A stretch of 63,912 nucleotides of DNA, filler included, from Octopus bimaculoides (lineage: Eukaryota): the NCBI RefSeq assembly GCF_001194135.2. It is 8 parts of 7 records of this genome, joined end to end, with 100 filler letters (N's around TTAATTAATTAA, not from the genome) between each part and the next. Parts side by side here need not be neighbours in the genome. Positions count along the whole stretch, not along the records: positions 49,090 to 58,103 come from NC_068983.1; positions 58,204 to 62,352 come from NW_026425739.1; positions 62,453 to 63,912 come from NW_026434850.1; 5 more parts are not named here. One strand, given 5' to 3'. The notes beneath the pieces are model-generated. The model saw only the letters and a list, made by a program, of their open reading frames with translations, was not told the origin of the DNA and did not search any database. Below, piece by piece: positions 54,682-63,912 of the stretch (its first letter is position 1; the number at the start of each line of letters is the position of its first letter). Made by a program: the position numbers and the translations under genes.

Positions 54682-57159
54682 CACATATATATATATATAT
54701 ATATACATATGAGTTACCAATGCTGCTGAGTCTGAAACTCACTGAGATATTTCACAGTTTCTATGGAATCGAAGACACTTTTTCTAGACACAGTTCCATC
54801 ACTACATCGTTAATTACATCAGTCTTTTTACCCCAGGCAACGCTGGGTATTTCGGTGAGTATATATATATATATGTACATGTATGTGTGTGCGTGTGTAT
54901 GAGAGAGAGAAAGAGGAATAAGGGAGAGGCATCTATGAATTAGTTGTGGCTATTTGACCCATGATAGGAGCATAGCTTCCACTTGCGCTCCAAGGACTCA
55001 GAACGCGAAAGCCAGAAACGCAAAACATTTTGACTGACACACAACATTTGCGTGCGCATGTGTATGTGAGGGAGAGAGAAATGCATCTACGTGTACGACC
55101 CTCCAGGACTCCTTGTCAACTTTCGATGTTTCTTCATCTACTTTAACATCATTCTCCACTCCCACTTTGAAGCTTTATCCACCTCACACCAACACTCATG
55201 CAGCCTTCCTTCGACACTCGTGATATATAGGCCTAGTTCAGTTTTCTTAGTGTTAAGATAACGCACGTGCGCACAGACACACACACTTGATTGCAACTCC
55301 ATTTCGAGCAAAGACCTGACTTGATTATCCTCTTAAAAATGAGCAACACAGATGTGTATTTTCAGTCCAGCCAGGGACCCACACTCTTTTGCATCGATGT
55401 GGAAATGACGGACGCATCTTACACAAGGTGACGAAAGAGCTTATACCACACATTCTAACACACGCTTTCATTTCATAATGGAACTTTTCATTGAGTGTTT
55501 TGCCTTTCTCAGCTACAGCTAGCTATGGTACGCAACAAATAACATAGATGTTAAAAATCAAGCCAGTACCTGAAGCTTTGCAAAATGAGGAAAGGTCTTG
55601 CACAAGGCTTATCCCACACTCTAAACAACGTAAAAATATTCCCAAAAAGAATAACTAATTTACAGCATTGGATGCCAACAAAGTCACAGGTATTATATCA
55701 GAGTTTTCCTTCCAGATGTCTAAACAAAGACTAGCGGTCTCTGACTTCCAACTGTTGGATGGCCGTTGACACAACTAACTTTTTTCCACTCTTTGACAGG
55801 TTTTGTTTCGTCTTAAATCACCCTCCTTACCAAGCAGGCTTGGTAGGGTCTCTTATTTTGTCGCCGACAGCCCAACTATGCGACAGATTGTACTGGGTTA
55901 CAAGCTGCCAGTAGCACTAAGAGTGACTTAACATTATATATATNNNNNNNNNNNNNNNNNNNNNNNNNNNNNNNNNNNNNNNNNNNNNNNNNNNNNNNNN
56001 NNNNNNNNNNNNNNNNNNNNNNNNNNNNNNNNNNNNNNNNNNNNNNNNNNNNNNATATACGTACCAAAACATTTGACATGAAGAGTAGCTTCTCCTAGCC
56101 TTGTGGTGGGTGCATCATATCTCAACTAGAAGATTGCTATTCAGGAGCACAAAACAGTCACTAAATACTTCATTACTAAGAGAGATAAGGATGCTTCTAA
56201 GTATCCACTTTGCAATACAAAATGTGTGTCAATTGTGTCAATGTAACACATATTACTAACATCTTCAGTGGCTATTGAAAAGTGCCTACAAGGTACATTC
56301 TCATGAGATATGAATTGGTGCTAAAACCATTTAGTGTCTGTAAAACGATTTGTTCTGATGGCTGTACCAAAGATACACCACGCATTTAAAAATTTGGATT
56401 GCTGATTGACTATTTCAATAAAAACAGCAACTAAATGCAAACACAATAGGCTTGGCAATGTTCTACTGAACTGAAAAACTTCATGCGATACTCGAAGTAA
56501 GCAGTCATTATTCATATTAAATAGTGTGTGTGTGTGTGTGTGTGTGTGTACATACATATACACACATGCACACATACGTATGCATTTATGTATAAAGTTA
56601 TATAATCGTACTGCTTCTTTACCTCCTACCAACTGCCCGTAAAGTTTATTCTTCTACTTAAACTATAGTTATATGTGTGCACGTGCGTTTGTATGTGTGA
56701 GTGTATGATGGATGGGAGATTGCGTATATGTGAGAGTGTGAGCATATAAGCGTGTGTCATATTTTGTATAACGAACTAAATGTTCTTTTTTTATATATAT
56801 TACCATATTTCAAGGTATAACAATTCTATTATGTAGGAAATAAGCTATTTTATCCAATTGGTAGTTGGAAATTCTTTGTTTAATCTTGATGGAAATGGTT
56901 GCAAGAAAACGCTGACCTTTTATTTAAGGCCGAAAAAGGCTGTAATATTATGCTATATTTTCTCGGAAAAATGGAGCAGTTGATATAAGGAGACTCACGT
57001 GCTGCAATACACAAATATCTTTTCTAATTGTTAACATTATCATCTTTCAAATTCCTGCTGTATTGTGTTTAAAATGTGATGTAGAGAAGCTTTTTTCCCG
57101 ATCTCTAAATGCATATGTATGATGGGAGATTTAAAGGGATTTTTTGTACACCATAACTT

Positions 57160-57376
57160 TGACGAGCTGACAGAAACGTTAGCAGGCCGGGCGAAATGCT
57201 TAGCCGTATTTCGTCTGTCTTTACGTTCTAAATTCAAATTCCGCAGAGGTCGACTTTACCTTTCATCCTTTCGGGGTCGATAAATTAAGTACCAGTTGCG
57301 TAATGAGGTTAATCTAATCGACTGGCCCCCTCCCCTCCCCCAAAATTTCGGACCTTGTGCCTAGAGTAGAAAAGAC
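57160..57376 (+). mobile_element. SINE family B, full length
   Basis: gagctgacagaaacgttagca.gccgggcgaaatgcttag..taagtaccagttgcg..caaaatttcgg.ccttgtgcctagagtagaaaag. Confidence 0.9.
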
Positions 57377-58035
57377 TATTTGCAATTAATATTTTAGCTC
57401 GAGAGGCTAATGCTTCAGAAAGACGCATAATATTGAAACGGCAGAAATTTTAGAAATTATTAATGTATAGAGGAGAAGACTTATGTATATTTTCAATGGA
57501 AATTTTCAATCTCAGCTTTCAGCAATAAAAGATTTCAATTGGTAAATTGCTGCAGAAACTTCTGTGGATATTAACGAAAGAATTTTTCATCTGTCGAATA
57601 AGTAATATTGTTTTGTAACCTATGTAATGTATTTACCTTAACCCGAACGATAAACCTATAATGAAGAAACATTCATGTATCCATCAACTCTAAAACTTTC
57701 TTAACTTTGATAACCTGCATTGTTTCATGTGTTTTACATATATGAGACTGATGACATGAAAATAACTCGTACTTTTGCAAAGGAATATGATTATTTTGCA
57801 TATGACAAATTATTAGGGAAATGTGAAGCGTATTTTCTAACGCTTTTGGAGTGGGGTGGGGATAACTAATTGAATTTTGATGACAACTATAATTCGATAT
57901 ATTTATGAACGTTGTGTACATATTGTTACGCTGCTTGTCTGATTTAATCGTTTCAATAACCGGCAGCGTCAAAATCAGAGTGACTTTTCAATAAGATATA
58001 GGTTTTAAAGATATATGTATATATTAATGTAGGTT

Positions 58036-58103
<68 letters not shown>

Positions 58104-58203
58104 NNNNNNNNNNNNNNNNNNNNNNNNNNNNNNNNNNNNNNNNNNNNTTAATTAATTAANNNNNNNNNNNNNNNNNNNNNNNNNNNNNNNNNNNNNNNNN
58201 NNN
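58104..58203. other. Artificial scaffold-join spacer
   Basis: 44 N + TTAATTAATTAA + 44 N. Confidence 0.95.
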
Positions 58204-59019
58204 TTCACAACATTAGCCTACGATTGACCCGATTAAATTTTTGTTAGCCCGGATGACCCTTGTTATTATATCTGAGTAATTGAATGAGTATGAAAATCAT
58301 TGCTGGGACGAATTAATTTGATTAGGCTTGGATAATTGAAGGATATCAAAGAATATCGAGAAACCTCATAGAAGACATGACAAATAATTGTCATGCCGAT
58401 ACGTATAATAAAGATAGTCTCGATTGGACGAAAGTGTAAGCCAGTTATAGCTCGAGGAGCAATGAACTCGACATTACTGAGTTGAGAGTTAAGTCACGTG
58501 TTACCTTCTGGTTCTTATAAGTTATATGAATCGATAAACAAATTACATTCATTTATGAATGGCCTAAAGAAGTTATGAACGTTAAGACTTTGAACTGAGA
58601 GAATTAAAAACAATTGCAGATTACTGACCAGTGGGAGGCAGTTATTTCAGGAGAGCAGAAAATATATGAGAGGAAAATGGCGAAGAAGTTGATTTTATAG
58701 CAGCCTATCTATATGATGCCAGTCCAAAGAGAAAAAAGATACAGAGTGAGAAAGTGAGGGAGAGAGAGAGAGAGNNNNNNNNNNNNNNNNNNNNNNNNNN
58801 NNNNNNNNNNNNNNNNNNNNNNNNNNNNNNNNNNNNNNNNNNNNNNNNNNNNNNNNNNNNNNNNNNNNNNNNNNNNNNNNNNNNNNNNNNNNNNNNNNNN
58901 NNNNNNNNNNNNNNNNNNNNNNNNNNNNNNNNNNNNNNNNNNNNNNNNNNNNNNNNNNNNNNNNNNNNNNNNNNNNNNNNNNNNNNNNNNNNNNNNNNNN
59001 AGAGAGGGAGAGAGAGAGA

Positions 59020-59480
59020 GAATTTTATGAATGGTTTACCAATGCCAGGTCTGCAGATGTTCTCTTACTTGGACAACTCCTATCGGAGAAAACCAGAGAT
59101 ATAACTGAGCATGTAAACAGAGTTCAATCCCACAAGATTCTACACCCATCTATAGTCCAAACACAGCTCAAGTATACAATATGAACCTTCCAGATAATAC
59201 ATTTACTCTCAGCACGGAGAATATAAATGGAGGCAAAAATGTAAAGGTAGTTATAATTATAAGAGTTCTCAACATGTGACGAAGAGATGATAGAAAAAAA
59301 CACATTGGTCGGAGACAGAGGAAAACCAAGGTGTTTCGATGTGTCGACACTTCTGGTGTCTTCGCATGGAAGACAAAACATGAAGAATGCCAGAATTATT
59401 AGAGAGAGTTTGACAGAGAAAACTCGAAAGAAAAAACGGTTATGTTATCTATTGATTGTTGTACTCTTCACAAATACTTC
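59020..59480 (+). mobile_element. Degenerate pogo/Tigger-like transposase
   Basis: EFYEWFTNARSADVLLLGQLLSEKTRDI resembles the CENP-B-type HTH. LVGDRGKPRCFDVSTLLV and FDRENSKEKTVMLSIDCCTLH resemble DDE_1 motifs (VIGK..KPRCF..LPV, D..M..RK.LL..DNC..H). Confidence 0.7.
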
Positions 59481-59881
59481 TGTGACTTAAATCAAACGGA
59501 TGTTTCATCCACTCAACGCAAAATCGACAATTCTACTACGTGAGTATAAAAACGTTGAAATGCCTTGCTCAAAAATTGATTCTTAACATTACTAAGAAAT
59601 AAAAGTAAATTATCATGTCAAGATAATTATGGGGTGTTATACATCTAATCACAAAATTATGGAATACAAAGTTTTAAAGAATATTCTACACTAATAATAG
59701 TCTTGTAATTTATTGCTTCTCAGTGGATCGACACGCGCATAAATATATAAGTGTGTTTGTGTGTGTGTGTGTAAAAGAGTGCAGCTTTTAAACTGGTATA
59801 TAATAAACGCGAAATTCTGTCTGTCCGTCCGTCCGTCCAGGACTCCTGCATCTCAGTCTACATTTACTTTACATAGACATA

Positions 59882-60041
59882 TGAGGAGCGTTCATTAAAG
59901 ATTCCCCCTGACCTACTTCCCAAGGACTGGGATAAACGAAACTTGGCATAATTAATCTCTACACAGCCACCACCAATGTCGACACACTTCTCTCAGCGCT
60001 TTATGCGGTTGTGAAGACCTCGTCTGTAGAAGTCGGTAGGT
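59882..60041 (-). mobile_element. Mariner 3' end with terminal inverted repeat
   Basis: Minus strand PTDFYRRGLHNRIKR*EKCVDIGGGCVE matches the mariner C-terminus. TA-tgaggagcgttcattaaag is TIR-like. Confidence 0.7.
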
Positions 60042-60404
60042 NNNNNNNNNNNNNNNNNNNNNNNNNNNNNNNNNNNNNNNNNNNNNNNNNNNNNNNNNNN
60101 NNNNNNNNNNNNNNNNNNNNNNNNNNNNNNNNNNNNNNNNNNNNNNNNNNNNNNNNNNNNNNNNNNNNNNNNNNNNNNNNNNNNNNNNNNNNNNNNNNNN
60201 NNNNNNNNNNNNNNNNNNNNNNNNNNNNNNNNNNNNNNNNNNNNNNNNNNNNNNNNNNNNNNNNNNNNNNNNNNNNNNNNNNNNNNNNNNNNNNNNNNNN
60301 NNNNNNNNNNNNNNNNNNNNNNNNNNNNNNNNNNNNNNNNNNNNNNNNNNNNNNNNNNNNNNNNNNNNNNNNNNNNNNNNNNNNNNNNNNNNNNNNNNNN
60401 TATA

Positions 60405-60650
60405 CATATATGTGCTGGTGTCACATAAAGAGCATTTATGCTGGTGCCGCGGAAAAACTCATGTGCTCGTGCCACGTGAAAAACACTTGTACTGGTGCCA
60501 TGTAAAAAGCATTTGTACTGGTTCCCTATGAAAGGCTTCTCAGCACACTCTATAAAGTGGTTGGTATTAGGAGGGCCATCCGACTGTGCCAAATCAAACA
60601 ATTAAAACCTGGTGCAGCTCTCCGGCTTGGCGGCTCCTGCCAAACCGTCC
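60405..60650 (+). repeat. Dispersed-repeat fragment with ~30-bp tandem subunits (gt.ctggtgcca.gt.aaaa.ca) and a gtggttggt.ttagga.gg.catcc motif
   Basis: Four to five degenerate subunits at 60412-60530, followed by a motif typical of SINE/RTE-associated repeats. Confidence 0.6.
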
Positions 60651-60941
60651 AGTTTGTCCCTCATACACTGCGTACGTCAATACGCAGTGTACCAACAAAA
60701 TAAGTACTGGGCTTGATTCATTCGACTAAATATTCTTCAAGGCGATGTCCCAGCAGGGCTTCTGTCTAGTGACTGAATCGAGTAAAAGATAAAAGAATGT
60801 GTGAGTGTATGTGTGAGTATGTATGTGTGCATGTATGTATGTATGTGTGTATGTATGTGTGTATGTATGTGTGTTTGTATGTATTTATGTATGTATGTAT
60901 TTATGTATCTATGCATGTATGCATGCATACATGTATCATAT

Positions 60942-61371
60942 AAGGCGCAGGTGTGACTGTCTGGTGAGAAGCTTGTTTCCCAATCTCATGGTTCCGGATT
61001 CAGTCCTACTGCGTCGTACCATGGGTAAATGTCTTCTACTATAGCCCCGGGCCGACCAAAGCTTCGTGAGTGGATTTGGTAGATGGAAACTGAAAGAAGC
61101 ACGTCGTATATATGTATATACATACCTATCTATATATGTGTGTCTTTGTGTCTGTGTTTGTTCCCTCACCACCACTTGACAACCGGTACTGTGTGTTTAC
61201 CTCCCTGTAACTTAGCGATTCGGCAAAAGAACCGAACAATAAATACCACGCTCTTAAAAAAAAGAAAAGAAGAGAAGTACTGGGGTCGATACATTCAACT
61301 AAAAACTCTTCGAGGCGGTGCTCCAGTATGGCCGCAGTCAACTGACTGAAACAAAGAAAAGAATAAAAGAA
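60942..61371 (+). mobile_element. SINE family A, full length (best reference copy)
   Basis: aaggcgcaggtgtgactgt..gttccggattcagtcc..ggccgaccaaagc..gaaactgaaagaagc..ggcggtgctccagtatggccgcagtc..gactgaaacaa..gaataaaagaat. Confidence 0.92.
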
Positions 61372-61493
61372 TATGTATGAATGTATCTATTTACAAATAT
61401 ATACACATGCACACCATCGCACAGAAACATTGATATATTTGTGTGTATATATATTTATGTATATATCTTTATATGTATTTATCTTTATATATA

Positions 61494-62177
61494 CAGGGTG
61501 CGTAAGGTATTTGAGGACATAGATTTTCGGGGTCATTACTGCCTTTTTTGCTAACTCTGTATAATCTTAGTTACAGAAAATAATGACAGACCCTCAGCTT
61601 ACTTAAGAATGAAGAGGCATGCTGTTATTCTGGTTATAAAGGTTGAGCATGGCGATTCAGAAATATCTTAATTTTTAAAAGTTGCCAGATCTTTCATCTA
61701 CAAAGTTTGTAAGGAGTTAGAGACTGAAAACGGAAACGTATCACCAGTGAAAAGCATAAAAATCATTCTAAACGCTCTGAAATCATCAGAACACCTGAAT
61801 TTAGCCAGTAAGTTCAACAGACAATTAATTAAAATCCCAGAAAGTCTATGAGGTCAATTGCAAAAGATCCCCATGTGTCAGAAGGAACAGTCAGAAATGT
61901 TGTCCACAAAGATATCAGATGGACTTTCTGGGATTATAATTAATTGTCTGTTGAACTTGCTGGATAAATTCAGGTGTTCTGATGATTGATTTCAGAGCGT
62001 TTAGAATGTTTTTTATGCTTTGATATTGGTGATACGTTTACATCTTCAGTCTCTAGTTCCTTACAAACTTTGTAGATGAAAAAGATCTGGCAACTTTTAG
62101 AACTCTAGATATTTCTGAATCGCTATGCTCAATCTTTATAACCACAATAACAGAATGCCTCTTCATTCTTAAGTAAG
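61494..62177. mobile_element. Tc1/mariner 5' end with an inverted duplication of its transposase N-terminus
   Basis: TA-cagggtg TIR start at 61494. The + strand reads MKRHAVILVIK..KVARSF..RSEIIRTPEF..NPRKSMRSIAKD..VSEGTVRNVVH. 61598-61849 is inverted at 61919-62177. Confidence 0.85.
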
Positions 62178-62352
62178 TCTTATATGATGAGGAAAGGTAA
62201 ATTTATCAGAAAAAGCAAAAGAAAATCACTATATCAGATCTAAAGGACCCTTAAACTAAAAAATCCAACAGAAGATTTGATTTGTTTTTTTTTCTCAAAT
62301 GCAAAAAACTTTGACCAAGATCAAAAAGTTAACAGAAGAAATGACAGATGGT

Positions 62353-62452
62353 NNNNNNNNNNNNNNNNNNNNNNNNNNNNNNNNNNNNNNNNNNNNTTAA
62401 TTAATTAANNNNNNNNNNNNNNNNNNNNNNNNNNNNNNNNNNNNNNNNNNNN
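62353..62452. other. Artificial scaffold-join spacer
   Basis: 44 N + TTAATTAATTAA + 44 N. Confidence 0.95.
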
Positions 62453-63580
62453 AAGCAATGACTAGACGATGAGTGATGGCTAGATGATGAGCGATGGCTA
62501 GATGATGAGCAATGGCTAGATGATAAGCAATGACTAGACAATGAGCGATGGCTAGATGAGTGATGGCTAGACGATGAGCGATGGCTAGACNNNNNNNNNN
62601 NNNNNNNNNNNNNNNNNNNNNNNNNNNNNNNNNNNNNNNNNNNNNNNNNNNNNNNNNNNNNNNNNNNNNNNNNNNNNNNNNNNNNNNNNNNNNNNNNNNN
62701 NNNATGGCTAGATGAGTGATGGCTAGACGATGAGCGATGGCTAGACGATGAGCGATGGCTAGATGATAAGCAATGACTAGACGATGAGCGATGGCTAGAT
62801 GATAAGCAATGACTAGANNNNNNNNNNNNNNNNNNNNNNNAGCGATGGCTAGACGATGAGCAATGGCTAGATGATAAGCAATGACTAGACAATGAGCAAT
62901 GGCTAGATGAGTGATGGCTAGATGATGAGCGATGGTTAGACGATGAGCAATGGCTAGAAAGTGAGCAATGACTTGATGATGAGGGATGGCTAGACAATGA
63001 GCGATGTCTACATGATGAGTGATGGGTAGATGATATGCAATGACTAAATGATGAGCGATGGTGAGATGATAAGCAATGACTAGACGATGAGTGATGGCTA
63101 GACGAGTGATGGCTAGATGAGTGATGGCTAGACGAGTGATGGCTAGACGAGTGATGGCTAGACGAGTGNNNNNNNNNNNNNNNNNNNCTAGATGAGTGAT
63201 GGCTAGATGAGTGATGGCTAGATGAGTGATGGCTAGACGATGAGCGATGGTTAGATGATAAGCAATGGCTAGATGATAAGCGATGGCTAGACAATAAGCA
63301 ATGACTAGATGATGAGTGATGGCTAGATGAGTGATGGCTAGATGAGTGATGGCTAGATGANNNNNNNNNNNNNNNNNNNNNNNNNNNNNNNNNNNNNNNN
63401 NNNNNNNNNNNNNGATGAGTGATGGCTAGATGAGTGATGGCTAGATGAGTGATGGCTAGATGATGAGTGATGGTTAGATGATGAGTGATGGTTAGATGAT
63501 AAGCAATGGCTAGATGATAAGCGATAGCATTGATGATAAGCAGTGACTAGATGGTGAGTGATGGCTAGACAATGAGCAAT
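62453..63580. repeat. 15/18-nt unit minisatellite (gatgagtgatggcta / gatgatgagcgatggcta variants)
   Basis: About 1.1 kb of units whose lengths are multiples of 3. Two minus-strand frames are largely open (SSHHS/SSSHR/SSHCL and LAITH). Confidence 0.92.
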
Positions 63581-63870
63581 AGATAGAAGAATATTGAGTA
63601 AAACCTTGTGACCAGCTGATCTAGCAAGCAGGGCCTCACCTCGGTGAGGACAGTGGGGTGGGCAGTGTTCCATAATACCTTCACGAGGAAGACCCTGAAA
63701 TGATGTGCATTCTATCCTGGTGGTTTCATAAGTCCCCTGGTGTTTGGTATGTGGAGCATGCAACTAATAGCACTTGTGTCTGCAACTTGTTTGTAAATAA
63801 TGTATGTACGTATGTTTGTACGTACGTTTGTATGTATGTATGTTTGTATGTATGTATGTATGTATGCATG

Positions 63871-63912
<42 letters not shown>

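Noticed and set aside
547-60601. Long ORFs in the ORF track (X-rich, IYIY, CVCV, SLSL, EREREK)
   Set aside because: They are artefacts of N gaps and di/tetranucleotide microsatellites.

Overview
Eukaryotic, AT-rich, microsatellite-dense genomic DNA, most likely octopus. That assignment is inferred from the abundant tRNA-derived SINE families and the repeat landscape; I did not check it against a database. Roughly 9 kb is N, including seven artificial 100-bp joins (44 N + TTAATTAATTAA + 44 N), so long-range order is provisional. Two genes are well supported, both on the + strand and both missing their 5' exons: an otopetrin proton channel (last two exons, 46381-46533 and 46903-47702) and Wnt7 (terminal exon, 52280-52762). 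The rest is mostly transposon debris: three SINE families, two Penelope-like fragments, Tc1/mariner and pogo fragments, a foldback/MITE and a probable Helentron-type end, plus simple repeats. Most ORF-track entries are microsatellite or gap artefacts. I found no CRISPR array, RNA gene or convincingly novel multi-gene system. The best leads are the possible interleaving of otopetrin and Wnt7, a triplet-phased His/Ser-coding minisatellite, several foldback (dsRNA-forming) structures, two facing ETS/YY1 start-like elements, and a few orphan exon candidates.
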